Source: an uncultured virus (IMG/VR IMGVR_UViG_2867919565_000004) (Duplodnaviria; Heunggongvirae; Uroviricota; Caudoviricetes). Taken from it: 64,000 nucleotides of DNA. Below the pieces are notes generated by a model. The model worked only from the letters and a program-made list of their open reading frames with translations, had not been told where the DNA came from and ran no database searches. Where the stretch lies: positions 62,001 through 126,000 of IMG/VR virus record IMGVR_UViG_2867919565_000004; one strand, 5' to 3'. Position 1 is the first letter of the stretch. Every line of letters starts with the position of its first letter. A program made the position numbers and the translations under genes. Shown here piece after piece: positions 47,623 to 64,000 of this stretch.

Positions 47623-50600
47623 TTGAGTCAAGATTTAAAGATCATACTCACACCCAAAGCTAACACTTCTTCAAAAACTGTCGAACAGTTAAATCAGCAA
47701 ATTAAATCTTTAGAGAAAAAGCTTAATTCCCTTAATTTAAAGACCAATATTGATGCCTCTGCTTTAAAGACACTCAACGACTTCTCCTCTGCAGTTGAAA
47801 CTTATCAAAAACATCTCAAATCCTTCAATCAAACAGTTAAAGAAACCACAACGGTTACCAGAAATGCTGATGGTACTGTTGAAAAGCTTACGCAACAATA
47901 TAAGAAAAATGGCGAAATCATTCAGCGTGAAAAGAAGTTCATCGACAATCGTAATCAATCACTACGTGAACAAACGCAAGAAGTTAACAGGCTTGCTCAA
48001 GCGACTGAAAAACTTGGTCAGGTACAGAAGAAAACAGAGCAAAAGAATGCTCAAGGACAAACGACAAGGGTTACTCAAAAGAACCGCAATGGCTTTGACG
48101 ATATTACCTATACAACTGATCCAAAAACAAACGCTACTACATCTAAAGTAACAACGAACTATGATCAGCAACGAAAAGCTATTGAACAATTACAGCTGGA
48201 TTTAGAAAAACTTAGACAGCAAGGAATTGTAACTGACACCACCCTCTCTTCCCTTGGACGGAGATTAAATACTGCTCAAACAGCACAACAAATTGAAGCA
48301 TTACAAAACAGAATTAAGATGCTCGATGATAAGTCTGCTGCTGTGGCAAAAAATAATGAACTCAGAAAAACTATTGAATTGTATCAACGCCAAGCGCAGG
48401 TAAACGTACAAAACCTTAATACACGTTACGGCGATACAATGGGTGCCGGCAATAGACAAGCTGCTCAAGATTATTTAAATGCAGTAAATAGTCTTAATGT
48501 AAGTGCCGGCGGTAGTAATATCAGATCTCAAATGCAAAGCTTGAACATGCAATTTAGGGAGTTGGCTTCAAATGCTCAAACAGCGTCTAGTCAAGCCTCC
48601 TCTTTTGGCACGGAGTTAACTCAAGCTTTCAAAAGTATGTCAACATATTTGATTTCCGGTTCTTTATTCTATGGTGCTATATCTGGACTCAAGGAAATGG
48701 TCTCCCAGGCTGTTGAAATTGATACTCTAATGACAAATATCAGACGTGTTATGAATGAGCCTGATTATAAGTACAATGAGCTCCTCGAGGAATCAATAAA
48801 CCTAGGAGACACCCTTTCAAACAAGATCACTGACATACTCCAAATGACTGGCGATTTCGGGCGTATGGGGTTCGATGAAAGTGAACTGTCCACTCTAACA
48901 AAAACTGCTCAGGTACTTCAAAACGTCTCTGACTTGACTCCTGACGACACAGTTAACACTTTAACTGCCGCAATGTTAAACTTCAATATTGCTGCGAATG
49001 ATTCTATTTCAATTGCAGATAAGCTTAATGAAGTCGATAACAACTATGCTGTAACTACTCTTGACCTAGCAAATTCGATTCGAAAAGCAGGAAGTACCGC
49101 TTCCACTTTTGGAGTTGAATTAAACGATCTGATTGGTTATACTACAGCAATTGCAAGTACCACCCGTGAATCAGGAAACATTGTTGGTAACTCACTTAAA
49201 ACCATTTTCGCACGTATTGGGAATAATAATAGCTCAATTAAAGCCTTAGAACAGATTGGTATTTCTGTGAAAACTGCCAGTGGTGAGGCGAAATCTGCTA
49301 CTGATTTAATTAATGAGTTAGCAGACAAATGGAATACCCTCAGCGATGCTCAAAAACAAAATACCTCAATAGGTGTAGCGGGCATTTATCAGCTCTCTAG
49401 ATTTAATGCCTTGATGAATAATTTTTCCATATCACAAAATGCAGCGACCACTGCAGCTAATTCCGCGGGAAGCGCTTGGAGTGAACAACAGAAATACGCT
49501 GACAGTTTACAGGCAAGATTAAACAGGCTGTCAAATGCATTTACAGAAATGTCGGTTGCCTCAAGTGAAGCCTTCATCTCTAATAGCATTGTTGTTTTTG
49601 CAGATGCACTTAAAGGATTAATGCAAACAAGTGCTCAAATTACTAAAACAGTCGGGCTTCTCCCTCAAGTTTTTGGTTCTGCGACAACTGCAATCCTGCT
49701 TTTCAACACCTCTCTTCGTACAGCTACCATCTCAACTGGAATGTCTGCAATATCAACCCTTAAAAATCTTGTCTTAAACTTTAATGCTGTTGGGCTTGGT
49801 GCAACAACAGCTTCAGCTAAAACTGCAGTTTGGACACGAGTGGTTAATGCTTCAAGCGTTGCGATGAGCAATCTAAAGAAAGTCGCAGTCTCGACAAGCG
49901 CGTTTTTAGCAGGAAGCTTTCTTCCTATGGCAGCCATGGTTGGACTTGGCGTCGTTATTGAGAAACTCATTTCCTCTTATTCTGAATTAAAACAAGCTAG
50001 AGAAGACTTTGAACAAGCTAAAACTACTAGCATTGAAGCAATTACAACGAATAAAGATGAAACAGACAAACTGATTAGTCAATACAAAGAACTGCAAAAA
50101 GCTAAAGATGGCGGAGCTTTATCGGCAGACCAAGAACAAGAATATCTGCAAGTAACACAACAATTAGCACAAACGTTCCCGAATTTGATCGCTGGTTATG
50201 ATTCTCAAGGGCAAGCAATCTTAAAGAAAAACCAAGCACTTAAGGATGCTATAAAGTACACTGAAGACCTTAGTAATTTAAACAAAAAAGACATTCAAAC
50301 AGGTGCCAATAGTAACTTTAAGGAAAGCTTAAAAGACATTGATAAACTCAATGATAAGATTAAACAGTATAAGCAGGTTGCCGATTATTATAAAAACGGC
50401 AAGAGTTGGGATATTTTCTCTTCTGAAAATGACAAGAAAAATCTAGGCATTAAAGCTGAACAAGATGCACTACGCACTGAACAAGAGCTATCCAGCTCAC
50501 AGGCTAAAATTAGAGAGCAAGTGCAACAGACAATTGATGCCTTTAACTCAATAAAGATAAATCCGAATCTTTCAAGGGAAATATCTAACGCATTCGATAA

Positions 50601-53600
50601 GATTGACTTCAGCAAAATGAATGCAGATGAACTTGAGTCATTTTCAATAAATGTTTCGAAATACATGGAAAATATCCAAAAAGCTCTTCAATCGGGCAAT
50701 AAAAATAATTTTGATTCCGCCTCTAAAAGCTTAGAACAGCTTGTTAATCAATATATGAGTGGCAAAGATAAAGCTAATGGTTTGGCTTTATCTTATGATG
50801 ACCTTAAAACTGCCATTGACTCTACAAATGATTCTGCACAAACTGCAAAAGTAACCTGGGATGAAAATGGTGAAGGTGTAGATGCATTAGGTGAACAAGT
50901 CGGGAATTTATCAGACAAGCTCAAAGAAGCTAAAGGTGATTTTGAAGCAATTAAAGGAATCATCGATGATTTAGTTGAATCGAAGCAAAATGATGCTGCT
51001 ATATCTGCCATTCAAAATGAAGCTTATGATACTATGTCTGACAGCATCTCCCCTTTAAATAACCTCCTTGAAAAAATGTCTGAAGGTAAAAGCATATCTG
51101 CAACAGAAGCCATGAAGCTTATTCAGAAAGAACATGACCTTGCTGATGCAATTTCTGTTGAAAATGGTGTTGTAAAAATCAACAGAAATGCAGTTGTCAA
51201 GCTTCGGGACACAAAACTCAAAGCTTACAATGATATGCAACAATCTGTAAGACAAGATCTAATTAATCAGGCTAATGCATTAAACAAAAAGATTAATATG
51301 TATAAGTCTGAAGTCAAGGCTATCAAGACTGTTCAAGACGCTTATAAAATGAAGTCTGAGCTTGAAGACAACAAGAAAAAGATATACGACGAACTAAAAA
51401 AAGGGAACAGTGGTGCGCTGCAGTTCCTACCGAAAACACAGGATGATTTAAACCAGGTCACTGATATCACTGATCAGCTCAAAGAGCTTGATAAATTAGC
51501 AGATTTGGCTTCAACTTCCCTATCTGAAACAGGAACATCTCTTGATGATCTGTCTTCTTCAAGCGATAAAGCCTCTGAGGAAATTAAAACATCTATGTAT
51601 GTGGCTGATAAATACAAGGAAGCTCTGGAGAAAGTCAACGCTGAAGCTGAAAAGTACAATAAACAGGTAAACGACTATCCAAAGTATTCTCAAAGTTATC
51701 GAAATGCCCTACAGAAAGAAATTAAAGCTCTTCAACAAAAGAAAAAGCTTATGCAGGAGCAAGCCAAACTCCTCAAGGATCAAATCAAGTCAGGGAACAT
51801 TGCACAATACGGTATAGTAACCTCCTCCCTCTCCACTGGTTCATCTTCCGGTGGTTCTTACACTTCTGGCGGCGGGTCTTACTCCGGTAAATACTCCAGT
51901 TACATTAATTCTGCCGCAAGTAAATATGGTGTTGATCCAGCTCTAATTGCAGCTGTAATCCAACAAGAATCAGGATTCAATGCAAGAGCTCGTTCTGGAG
52001 CAGGCGCAGCTGGATTAATGCAGTTGATGCCTTCCACTGCTAAAAGCTTAGGCGTAAACAATGTTTATGATCCTTATCAGAGCATTATGGGTGGCACGAA
52101 ATATTTAGCCCAACAACTAAGTAAATTTGGTGGCAATGTTGAAAAAGCCTTGGCTGCTTATAATGCAGGGCCTGGTAATGTAATCAAATATGGTGGCATC
52201 CCTCCTTTCAAGGAAACGCAGAATTATGTTCAGAAGATCATGTCGAATTACACTAAATCAATGACTTCTGCTAATTCCTCAATTGCAAGCTACTACACGA
52301 AGAACAGCGCTTTTAGAATAAGTTCTAAATATAATGCGCAAGATGGCGCTTACCGATCCACCCCACATAAAGGTATCGACTTCGCAGCGAAAGCTGGAAC
52401 CGCAATTAAATCGGTTCAAAGTGGAAAAGTTCAAATTGCTGGTTATAGCAAGACTGCCGGTAACTGGGTTGTCATTCAGCAGGATGATGGAAAAGTTGCT
52501 AAGTATATGCATATGCTTGATACCCCTTCTGTTAAAGCCGGTCAAACTGTTAAAGCTGGCCAGACCATCGGTAAAGTTGGTAGTACGGGTAATTCAACAG
52601 GAAATCACCTTCATTTTCAAATTGAGGAAAACGGAAAGACCATTGACCCCGAGAAGTATTTAAAAGGTGTCGGTACATCTATTTCAGATGCATCTCAAGC
52701 TGAAGCAGAACGACAGCAAGCAATAGCGCAAGCTAAATCCGATCTTCTCTCCCTCCAAGGTGATATTGATTCAGTAAACGATCAGATACAAGAACTCAGA
52801 TATGAAATCGTTCAGTCGAAACTTGATGAATTTGACAAGCGTATTGGCGATTTTGACGTAAGAATCGCTAAAGACAAAGCACTCGCAAGTCATTATCTGA
52901 GCGACAGTAAAGAGTTCCGTAAGTATACAAATGATCAGAAAAAAGCTTTAACTGAACAGCAAAAGATTCAGAGTCAGAAGGTTTCTTTCATTGAAAAAGA
53001 AATCAAAACAAACAAAACTCTGAATTCCGCTCAAAGAGCACAGCTTGCTGAGGAATTAAAACAGGCTAAGATTGATCTCATCAATTTTCAAGAAGAAGTA
53101 AGAGAACTTCGAGGACAGCTCATTCAGTCTGAGGTTGATCAAACGCTTAACGGTATTGAGAAATCAACCAAGAAAACTGAATCCAAGCTTAAAGATGTTA
53201 GCAACAAAATATCCATGACCGAGGAAGATAAAGACAAGGTTAAATATTATAGCCAACAGATTAAGCTTATTCAACAGCAACAGACTGAAGCGAAGAAGTA
53301 TATCAAACAGTTGGAAGCTCAAAAGAAAGCTGCTAAAGGGTTCCCGGATATTCAGAAACAAATTACTGAAGAGATCGAGAACTGGAAAGACAAGCAGAAG
53401 GATTACAATCTTGAGCTTTACAACACAAAGAAATCAATCAAAGATGTGTACAAATCCCTTGCTGATGAAGTTGTCTCCATCTATAAAGAGATGTACGAAA
53501 AGATGCGTGATATTGAATTAAAAGCGCACCAAAAAGCTACGCAAGACTTGATTGATGAGATTGATAAAACTGATGATGAAGCCAAATATCAAAAAGAGCT

Positions 53601-54507
53601 CAAAGAAAAGAATCAGGCTATTCAGGAAACCAAAGATAAGCTAAGCAAATTATCCCTTGATGACTCAGATGAAGCAAAATCACAGGTTAAAGACTTAGAA
53701 AAGCAACTTCAAGAACAGCAAGAAGCATTAGATGAGTTTCTTAAAGATCGTGAAAACAGTAAGCGAAAAGAATCGTTACAAGATCAGCTTCAAAAAGATG
53801 AAGATTCAATTAATAAGAAATATGATGATCTCGTTAATGATGAGCGTGGATTTAAGGAACTTGAGAAAAAGCTAATGGATGGGAAGATTACTGATATTGC
53901 TAAGCAACTGAATGAATTCTCTAAGTTCATTAACAGCAATATGGAGTCCATAGGGAAAAGCATCTCCAATAACCTTATTGATAAGCTTAAAGAAGCTTCT
54001 AATGCCCTTAATACTGTGACCAAAGGTAATAAAACTGGAAAAAAGGTATCTTCTTTTGCATCAGGTGGATATACAGGAACAGGACTCGGCGCAGGTAAAC
54101 TCGCCTTCCTACACGATAAAGAGCTCATCCTTAATAAAACTGACACTGCAAATATCTTGGATACAGTAAAAGCTGTACGTGAGAACAATACTCCAAGTGA
54201 AGAGACACCTAAATGGGGTCAAGATGGGAAATTAGCAGCCTTGATTAATAAAGGTATTACTTCTATTCCATCAATAATTCCGAATATTAATCAATCCAGT
54301 CTTTCTAATAGTTTGATACCGAGTATTCAAAGTCTCTCTTCCCCACCAGATGCTACTAAGTCAGTAAACGGCACTGTAAACAACAATAATTTTAAAGCTA
54401 CATTTAACATTAATGAATCAGAAAATCCTCAGAAAACAGCTGATTTTGTATTCAATAAATTTGCAAATGGTCTTAAAAACAAGGGCATAAATTTCAACAA
54501 CTCATGA
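47623..54507 (+). CDS. cwlP: Tape measure protein with lytic transglycosylase and M23 peptidase (CwlP/YomI)
   Basis: TP901-type tape-measure core; [19 protein letters not shown] (SLT); HKGID..HLHF (M23). Confidence 0.93.
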   Translation: MSQDLKIILTPKANTSSKTVEQLNQQIKSLEKKLNSLNLKTNIDASALKTLNDFSSAVETYQKHLKSFNQTVKETTTVTRNADGTVEKLTQQYKKNGEIIQREKKFIDNRNQSLREQTQEVNRLAQATEKLGQVQKKTEQKNAQGQTTRVTQKNRNGFDDITYTTDPKTNATTSKVTTNYDQQRKAIEQLQLDLEKLRQQGIVTDTTLSSLGRRLNTAQTAQQIEALQNRIKMLDDKSAAVAKNNELRKTIELYQRQAQVNVQNLNTRYGDTMGAGNRQAAQDYLNAVNSLNVSAGGSNIRSQMQSLNMQFRELASNAQTASSQASSFGTELTQAFKSMSTYLISGSLFYGAISGLKEMVSQAVEIDTLMTNIRRVMNEPDYKYNELLEESINLGDTLSNKITDILQMTGDFGRMGFDESELSTLTKTAQVLQNVSDLTPDDTVNTLTAAMLNFNIAANDSISIADKLNEVDNNYAVTTLDLANSIRKAGSTASTFGVELNDLIGYTTAIASTTRESGNIVGNSLKTIFARIGNNNSSIKALEQIGISVKTASGEAKSATDLINELADKWNTLSDAQKQNTSIGVAGIYQLSRFNALMNNFSISQNAATTAANSAGSAWSEQQKYADSLQARLNRLSNAFTEMSVASSEAFISNSIVVFADALKGLMQTSAQITKTVGLLPQVFGSATTAILLFNTSLRTATISTGMSAISTLKNLVLNFNAVGLGATTASAKTAVWTRVVNASSVAMSNLKKVAVSTSAFLAGSFLPMAAMVGLGVVIEKLISSYSELKQAREDFEQAKTTSIEAITTNKDETDKLISQYKELQKAKDGGALSADQEQEYLQVTQQLAQTFPNLIAGYDSQGQAILKKNQALKDAIKYTEDLSNLNKKDIQTGANSNFKESLKDIDKLNDKIKQYKQVADYYKNGKSWDIFSSENDKKNLGIKAEQDALRTEQELSSSQAKIREQVQQTIDAFNSIKINPNLSREISNAFDKIDFSKMNADELESFSINVSKYMENIQKALQSGNKNNFDSASKSLEQLVNQYMSGKDKANGLALSYDDLKTAIDSTNDSAQTAKVTWDENGEGVDALGEQVGNLSDKLKEAKGDFEAIKGIIDDLVESKQNDAAISAIQNEAYDTMSDSISPLNNLLEKMSEGKSISATEAMKLIQKEHDLADAISVENGVVKINRNAVVKLRDTKLKAYNDMQQSVRQDLINQANALNKKINMYKSEVKAIKTVQDAYKMKSELEDNKKKIYDELKKGNSGALQFLPKTQDDLNQVTDITDQLKELDKLADLASTSLSETGTSLDDLSSSSDKASEEIKTSMYVADKYKEALEKVNAEAEKYNKQVNDYPKYSQSYRNALQKEIKALQQKKKLMQEQAKLLKDQIKSGNIAQYGIVTSSLSTGSSSGGSYTSGGGSYSGKYSSYINSAASKYGVDPALIAAVIQQESGFNARARSGAGAAGLMQLMPSTAKSLGVNNVYDPYQSIMGGTKYLAQQLSKFGGNVEKALAAYNAGPGNVIKYGGIPPFKETQNYVQKIMSNYTKSMTSANSSIASYYTKNSAFRISSKYNAQDGAYRSTPHKGIDFAAKAGTAIKSVQSGKVQIAGYSKTAGNWVVIQQDDGKVAKYMHMLDTPSVKAGQTVKAGQTIGKVGSTGNSTGNHLHFQIEENGKTIDPEKYLKGVGTSISDASQAEAERQQAIAQAKSDLLSLQGDIDSVNDQIQELRYEIVQSKLDEFDKRIGDFDVRIAKDKALASHYLSDSKEFRKYTNDQKKALTEQQKIQSQKVSFIEKEIKTNKTLNSAQRAQLAEELKQAKIDLINFQEEVRELRGQLIQSEVDQTLNGIEKSTKKTESKLKDVSNKISMTEEDKDKVKYYSQQIKLIQQQQTEAKKYIKQLEAQKKAAKGFPDIQKQITEEIENWKDKQKDYNLELYNTKKSIKDVYKSLADEVVSIYKEMYEKMRDIELKAHQKATQDLIDEIDKTDDEAKYQKELKEKNQAIQETKDKLSKLSLDDSDEAKSQVKDLEKQLQEQQEALDEFLKDRENSKRKESLQDQLQKDEDSINKKYDDLVNDERGFKELEKKLMDGKITDIAKQLNEFSKFINSNMESIGKSISNNLIDKLKEASNALNTVTKGNKTGKKVSSFASGGYTGTGLGAGKLAFLHDKELILNKTDTANILDTVKAVRENNTPSEETPKWGQDGKLAALINKGITSIPSIIPNINQSSLSNSLIPSIQSLSSPPDATKSVNGTVNNNNFKATFNINESENPQKTADFVFNKFANGLKNKGINFNNS

Positions 54508-54537
54508 GCCAGTGATATGCTGGCTCTTCTTATTTTT
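54506..54537 (+). terminator. Terminator-like hairpin
   Basis: GAGCCAG-TGATATG-CTGGCTC followed by T-rich tract. Confidence 0.55.
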
Positions 54538-54550
54538 GAGGTGATAAAAA

Positions 54551-58623
<4,073 letters not shown>

Positions 58624-58643
58624 GAAAGGACGGTGAATTTAGT

Positions 58644-59462
58644 TTGGATTTTCCTCAGCTCTATAACGACCCTACCCTTTCTCAAAAAAGGAAGGGTTCA
58701 ATCGATGACCCTTATTTAAGCTATAGTGAAACTTTAACTGTTTACAATGGTCGAGTCTTACTTACAGAAGTACCTAACCGTGAGTACAGAGTCGAGGTTA
58801 GTGGTGACAGTAAAGAATGGCGAGAAATTGAAGATGGTGAATTAGAAGACAACTACTTTAAGGTTGATTACCTTATGGGAGTTGTCTTTTTCAATGGTTC
58901 AAATGAAGGCAAATCCCTTACTTTTGCATATCAAGGAGAAGGCGCATCCTTCTTCCCTGCCTCAAGAATTTGGATTAAACGGCAAGGAAATATGGTCATT
59001 GAAACACTTCAAGGCTTAATTGATGATGCTGAAGATGCCATTATTCGTATCAACGAACGTATTGCTGAATGTGAACGTGTCACCAAGAGATGTATTGAAA
59101 TAACAAATTGGTGCAGACAAGCAACATCAGATTATGAGTATGTAGTTGAGAACACTAGGAAGATTTACAAACCCTCTGTTTATACATTCGCTGATATACA
59201 AACAACTTACCCTAATCCACTTATCGGATGGACGGTTGCTGTAAAAGAAAACAAAACCGTGTACAGATGGGATGGTTTTGATTGGATTGATATTGGAACT
59301 TCGGAAGCTTACGAAGGTTTCAATATCCTATTAAGCGCTGTAGAACCTTTCAATACTAATTATGTATGGTATCAGGATGAAGGCTTAATTCCAGAAAAAC
59401 AAAGAGTTGTTATATCAAACGTGGCTCCAGAATCAGGTGCAGTTTGGTATGAAATTGACTAA
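58644..59462 (+). CDS. yomF: YomF-like baseplate protein
   Basis: LYNDP.LS.KR.GS..DPYL; TYPNP..GWTV. Confidence 0.75.
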   Translation: MDFPQLYNDPTLSQKRKGSIDDPYLSYSETLTVYNGRVLLTEVPNREYRVEVSGDSKEWREIEDGELEDNYFKVDYLMGVVFFNGSNEGKSLTFAYQGEGASFFPASRIWIKRQGNMVIETLQGLIDDAEDAIIRINERIAECERVTKRCIEITNWCRQATSDYEYVVENTRKIYKPSVYTFADIQTTYPNPLIGWTVAVKENKTVYRWDGFDWIDIGTSEAYEGFNILLSAVEPFNTNYVWYQDEGLIPEKQRVVISNVAPESGAVWYEID

Positions 59463-59502
59463 AGGAGACTTCGATCGGGTCTCTTTTTATGGAGGTAAAT
59501 GA

Positions 59503-62061
59503 ATGGGATTTAAATATTATGACAAGAAAACAGAGCAGTATGTACCCATGTCGATTGAATTACTCAAATCTGATGGGGTGTCGTTCACTGCTCCTGAAAT
59601 CAAAAAAGCTTTTGATGCTGCTTCTAAAGACATCACTAACGTAATAAGCACAGTTAATACTGGCTTAACAGATATCACAAACACAATTGGAGACATCTCA
59701 AAAATCCCTGCATCCGGTGCAACAATTGTTGATAAAGTCTTAAATGAATTTATCAGACGAAGTGTCAATGTTCAGGATTTTGGAGCTAAGGGTGATGGTG
59801 TTACTGATGACACTGAAGCTTTCAAAGCTGCCTTTGCAAGTGGGAAACGAGAGGTTTTTGTTCCGGCAGGGATTTACATGGTTCAAGGATTGCACATCCC
59901 CTCTTATGTCAGACTTTATGGTGTTGGATCAGGGTCTGTTATCAAACTTCACCCAACTGCTGCTGGAACATCTTGTGTATTAACCAATAGTGACTACACA
60001 AACGGAAACGAATATATCTTAATTGAAGACTTAGACCTCGATTGGAATTTAGACAAAAAGGATAACACCATTACAAACGGCACAAATGCAAACTGTGTGG
60101 GCATTGTGAACTCTAAATTTGTTCGGGTTAGAAACGTCAATGCTCGTAATCCAGGTGTACACGGTTTTGATGTAAGCTCCCCTGTTTGGAATTCTTCTTC
60201 CGATGGAGCAGATCATTATCAGCCAAACGGAAGCAAATATGTTTGGATTGAAAATTGTACTGCAACTAATTATGGTGATGATGGCTTCACAACTCACTAT
60301 TCTGATTACATCTTCTTCACTAACTGTTACGCCTATGACGCTAATGGATCTGCACATAGTAAAGGAGCTTCAAATTCAAACGGTTTTGAAATTGATGATG
60401 GCTCTAAAAACGTATGGCTTGTGAACTGTTACAGCCGAAAAAATTGCAGGGGTTTTGAAGTCAAAGCTCACAATAGAGCACCTGCAGCAAGAAACGTAAA
60501 CTTAATAAACTGCTATTCCGAAAATGATATCCGCGCTTTCGACTTTAGACATATTGGCTTCCACCTAGCCTCCGAAAAAATCTCCACAAGTGCATTTGAC
60601 ATAAATGTCGTTAACTGCACTGCACAACATCCTATTTTCAGTGACCTTTATCAAGGCTTAAATCCTCGCGCACTTGTTATTTCCGCTTATAGAAATGTCA
60701 ACGTATCAAACTTCAATGCAATTGGTGACCCGACATATGATTACAAGAATACTACAGTTATCTCTACTCAATATAAGAGCAGAAACATCAACCTGAACAA
60801 CATCACAGTTTCGGGATTTACAACAGCAAGCAACGACATCTATGTGATTGGTGGAGCTCAAAAATCAGACAATGTTAACATCTCGAATGTAACCATTAAC
60901 CAGTCTGCTTTAGTGGGTATTGCTGTTGGAAGTAAAGTTGGCTCAGTCAATATCAATAACGTTAACATGACGGGAACAAACAAAGCAGGTTCAATTGGCG
61001 TTTATTGTACTAACTCACAGGTCAATATTAGTGCTGCGATGTGCGAACAATACGCTACTCCCAGTAAAATTGCCGGGAAAACCTACGCATTTATCCCGAA
61101 TAATTTCAAAGGTGGTACACGGATTGCGACGACTTCCGGCTACGCTAAAACAAATACTAGCGTCGTAATGGCATCTTCAGGTGGCGGACAAGCAACTGGT
61201 GACGCTTCTGCCGTTATTGCAACAACTGGCGGTTCTAAAGCAGAAGGGCCACGTAATGCAGTTATTGCGTCCTCTGGAGGATCTAAAACAACTGCAGAAG
61301 GAAGTCGTTCATTGGTTGTTGCATCAAATAATTCTTCCATTGAAGGATCAGGATCTTCTAGGGTTGTTATTGGATCACAATCTGTAGCAAATAGAAAAGG
61401 TTATACCACTATATGGGGATATGGAACATCAGATGCCCCTTCCACCTCGAACATTAAGATAGAACATGATGCGATGAGAGGAAATATTGCCTTAACCGGT
61501 CAGGTTAAAGGTGCTTCAACATTTGCTGATTATGCGGAGTACTTCGAATCTGCAGATGGAAGAGCAATTCCTACCGGATATATGGTCACACTTGATGGGG
61601 ACAAAATTAAAAAAGCGAATCTCGGTGACAAGGTATTAGGGGTTATATCAGAAACAGCTGGCATTGTGCTCGGAGAGTCTTTGTTTAATTGGCAAGGAAG
61701 ATACCTCAAAAATGAATTCGGCGGTCTTATTTATGAAGATGGGGATGTGACATTTGTGGATTCGGAAGGTATGCAAAGAACAGAAATAAGAAGGCTACCA
61801 AAAGAAAATCCCAACTTCAATGCCAATGAAGAATATGTTCCACGATCTGAGCGTCCTGAATGGAATATAGTCGGTATGTTTGGACAAATTTTCGTTCGCA
61901 TTGATGAAACAGTTCAAGACGGCGACAGAATTGTACCCAAAGCCGGCAAAGGATCAAAATCCTCTGATGCTTCAGGTTATCCGGTAATGAAAATAACAAC
62001 GCCTTACACAAAAGAAAGAGGATACGGTGTCGCTGTCTGCTTAATAACACCCACAGTTTAA
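59503..62061 (+). CDS. yomE: Beta-helix tailspike/pre-neck appendage-like protein with C-terminal autocleaving chaperone
   Basis: NVQDFGAKGDGVTDDTEAF, GDDGFTTH, ADYAEYFE, RSERPEW..VGMFGQ. Confidence 0.82.
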   Translation: MGFKYYDKKTEQYVPMSIELLKSDGVSFTAPEIKKAFDAASKDITNVISTVNTGLTDITNTIGDISKIPASGATIVDKVLNEFIRRSVNVQDFGAKGDGVTDDTEAFKAAFASGKREVFVPAGIYMVQGLHIPSYVRLYGVGSGSVIKLHPTAAGTSCVLTNSDYTNGNEYILIEDLDLDWNLDKKDNTITNGTNANCVGIVNSKFVRVRNVNARNPGVHGFDVSSPVWNSSSDGADHYQPNGSKYVWIENCTATNYGDDGFTTHYSDYIFFTNCYAYDANGSAHSKGASNSNGFEIDDGSKNVWLVNCYSRKNCRGFEVKAHNRAPAARNVNLINCYSENDIRAFDFRHIGFHLASEKISTSAFDINVVNCTAQHPIFSDLYQGLNPRALVISAYRNVNVSNFNAIGDPTYDYKNTTVISTQYKSRNINLNNITVSGFTTASNDIYVIGGAQKSDNVNISNVTINQSALVGIAVGSKVGSVNINNVNMTGTNKAGSIGVYCTNSQVNISAAMCEQYATPSKIAGKTYAFIPNNFKGGTRIATTSGYAKTNTSVVMASSGGGQATGDASAVIATTGGSKAEGPRNAVIASSGGSKTTAEGSRSLVVASNNSSIEGSGSSRVVIGSQSVANRKGYTTIWGYGTSDAPSTSNIKIEHDAMRGNIALTGQVKGASTFADYAEYFESADGRAIPTGYMVTLDGDKIKKANLGDKVLGVISETAGIVLGESLFNWQGRYLKNEFGGLIYEDGDVTFVDSEGMQRTEIRRLPKENPNFNANEEYVPRSERPEWNIVGMFGQIFVRIDETVQDGDRIVPKAGKGSKSSDASGYPVMKITTPYTKERGYGVAVCLITPTV

Positions 62062-62235
62062 TTTAGTGTCCTCTTTAAAGGAGGTGGTTATGTTCTAGTT
62101 AAAATATAAATTTTATTCAATTTACAGCATTCAAAAACAGAGATAACAAGAGCATACGTGAGATAAAGAGAGATTGGGATTTGTCCCCTTCTCTCTTTTT
62201 TGTGCTCAAATTTAATTTTAGGAGAGATGTTCAAT

Positions 62236-63282
62236 ATGGCTATTCAAGTAAGAGAAAATCTTGTCTCAACCAGCAAATACTCTATTAAGTGTCCGTATAC
62301 GTTATCAGCCTCTTATATTACATTTCATAACACAGCAAATGATGCATCTGCAGACGCGGAAATTCGTTACATGATTGGCAACAACAATGAAGTTTCTTAC
62401 CACTTCGCAGTCGATGATGAAGAGGTTGTTCAAGGGATTCCTACAAATCGAAATGCATGGCATACAGGTGATGGATCAGGTGTGAATTCAGGAAACCGGA
62501 CTTCTATTGGTGTAGAAGTTTGCTACTCTAAATCGGGCGGAGAACGCTATAGAAAAGCTGAAGCGTTGGCAATTAAGTTTATTGCACAACTCCTTAAAGA
62601 ACGTGGTTGGGGCGTGGATCGAGTTAAAAAGCATCAAGACTGGTCTGGTAAGTACTGTCCGCATCGGGTTCTAGATGAAGGACGTTGGAATGCTGTTAAA
62701 GCTGCTATTGCTGCTGAATTAAAAGCACTGGATGGAAATACTTCCTCCTCATCTTCAAAGCCAACAAAAATTGTTAAAACAAATGGTTCTTATGTTAAAA
62801 ACACAGTTATCGCTGACAGTCTTAATGTGAGAACCCAACGCAATGCAAACTCCTCTATTGTACTTACTCTTCCTAAAGGCTCCACTGTCCAATACCAAAA
62901 AGGATCAACTCAAAATGGTTGGGGATATATCAAATATACAAACTCCAAAGGTGCTACATACAGCGGATATGTAAATGTGAAATACATTAAAAGTGATGCT
63001 GAGCTTGGAAAATCAACCCCAAAGCCTAAACCCACTTCTAAGCCTTATAGCAGTGGAATCAAATCTGTAGGCAAGATTAAAGTTGTCGGAGTAAAAATCG
63101 CTGCTATCGTAATGGACAGACCTGATAAAAACAAAGCGAAGAATCTCGGCACTGTGGATCTGGGCGATACTGTCAGCATTTCTGGCTCAGTGAAAGGGTC
63201 AAACAATGCTAAGGGTTACTGGGAAGTTATCTACAAAGGTAAACGAGGCTACATCTCAGGACAATTTGGCTCAAAAATCTAA
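62236..63282 (+). CDS. Endolysin: amidase_2 (XlyA/CwlA-like) with SH3b-type domains
   Basis: HNTAND, SYHFAVD, AWHTGDG, SIGVEVC, HQDWSGKYCP; LNVR..W..GYV. Confidence 0.92.
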   Translation: MAIQVRENLVSTSKYSIKCPYTLSASYITFHNTANDASADAEIRYMIGNNNEVSYHFAVDDEEVVQGIPTNRNAWHTGDGSGVNSGNRTSIGVEVCYSKSGGERYRKAEALAIKFIAQLLKERGWGVDRVKKHQDWSGKYCPHRVLDEGRWNAVKAAIAAELKALDGNTSSSSSKPTKIVKTNGSYVKNTVIADSLNVRTQRNANSSIVLTLPKGSTVQYQKGSTQNGWGYIKYTNSKGATYSGYVNVKYIKSDAELGKSTPKPKPTSKPYSSGIKSVGKIKVVGVKIAAIVMDRPDKNKAKNLGTVDLGDTVSISGSVKGSNNAKGYWEVIYKGKRGYISGQFGSKI

Positions 63283-63388
63283 ATATATTTAAATACCTTT
63301 GAGAATGATTGTAGCTCAAAGTGTATAAATGATTATTTAGGAGGTGATGTGACATTACCTCCTATTTTTTATGGAGGATGATTGCATT

Positions 63389-63760
63389 GTGGCTGAAAAA
63401 GAAAACTATGAAGTTTTAAAGACCGAGGTCGCTCATATAAAAGAACGTCTTAAAGAACAAGCAGAAGATAGAAAAATCATGTTGGAAACACAAAAAACAA
63501 CAAGTGAATCACTTATTAGGCTTACCACTGTTGTTGAAAACCAAGAAAAAAATCTTGTTGAAACAAAAAATTTGTTCACCACTGAGATAGCTGGACTAAG
63601 AAATGAATTTCAGCAAGTCAATCAGTCGCAAACAAAGTGGCTTCAAAACTTATTAGAAGGAACATTCGGCAAGACATTAAAGATTTTAGTTCTAATTATT
63701 CTCTTACTGCTTGGTGCAGAGATCGCTGGTGTTGATATCACCAAATTAGCTAATTTATAA
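63389..63760 (+). CDS. Coiled-coil protein with C-terminal TM (holin accessory-like)
   Basis: GGAGG RBS; between lysin and holin. Confidence 0.65.
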   Translation: MAEKENYEVLKTEVAHIKERLKEQAEDRKIMLETQKTTSESLIRLTTVVENQEKNLVETKNLFTTEIAGLRNEFQQVNQSQTKWLQNLLEGTFGKTLKILVLIILLLLGAEIAGVDITKLANL

Positions 63761-63772
63761 GGAGACGATTTA

Positions 63773-64000
63773 ATGACTAAAATTAACTGGAAAGTAAGAC
63801 TAAAAAAGAAAACATTCCTGGTTGCAATCTTCTCTGCAACTCTTTTGTTTGCACAAGCAATTGCATCTGCATTTGGATACGACATTTCTGTGTTTAGCGA
63901 TGATCTTACTGAGAAATTTAATGCTTTGCTTACATTTCTAACTGCAATGGGGGTTGTAGTGGATCCAACCACTACAGGTATCTCAGACAGCGATCAAGCC
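63773..64000 (+). CDS. phiLC3-family holin (runs off the window end)
   Basis: MTKINWKVRLKKKTF...GVVVDPTTTGISDS. Confidence 0.88.
   Translation, partial: MTKINWKVRLKKKTFLVAIFSATLLFAQAIASAFGYDISVFSDDLTEKFNALLTFLTAMGVVVDPTTTGISDSDQA

Noticed and set aside
47764..54188. Numerous antisense or alternative-frame ORFs within cwlP and other long genes
   Set aside because: Shadow ORFs of long coding sequences with no RBS or motifs
62236..63282. Naming the endolysin blyA
   Set aside because: Same position, but the sequence looks XlyA/CwlA-like and is paired with a phiLC3 holin, so probably a swapped lysis cassette

Overview
The whole window is the central part of an SPbeta-like (Spbetavirus-type) temperate phage of the Bacillus subtilis group. 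No host genes or att sites are visible. Gene names are recalled from SPbeta, not searched. 1-18.2 kb is mostly on the minus strand and is a mosaic accessory/early region: yopE, yopB, a proteasome-beta-like Ntn hydrolase, a HEPN-like protein, an acyltransferase-3, an N6-adenine methyltransferase next to an LPD-type protein, yonV, a GIY-YIG nuclease fused to a YonV-like C-terminal domain, the yonT/yoyJ/SR6 toxin-antitoxin locus, and a tubulin/FtsZ + winged-helix operon with upstream iterons (TubZRC-like). 18.3-24.4 kb is on the plus strand: a CoiA-like nuclease, a YonO-type RNA polymerase with an atypical DFDYD motif, a Zn-finger protein and HU. 24.4-26.2 kb is about 1.75 kb without credible genes but dense in RNA structure: a tRNA-like element with an ~87-nt insert, G.U-rich long hairpins, a tandem hairpin+pseudoknot repeat and a C-rich cloverleaf. 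26.2-64 kb is the late operon (terminase, portal, capsid, tail, CwlP tape measure, baseplate/receptor-binding proteins, endolysin, holin) with inserted morons. The best candidates for undescribed biology are the structured ncRNA array, the tubulin partition module and the GIY-YIG/YonV paralogue pair.
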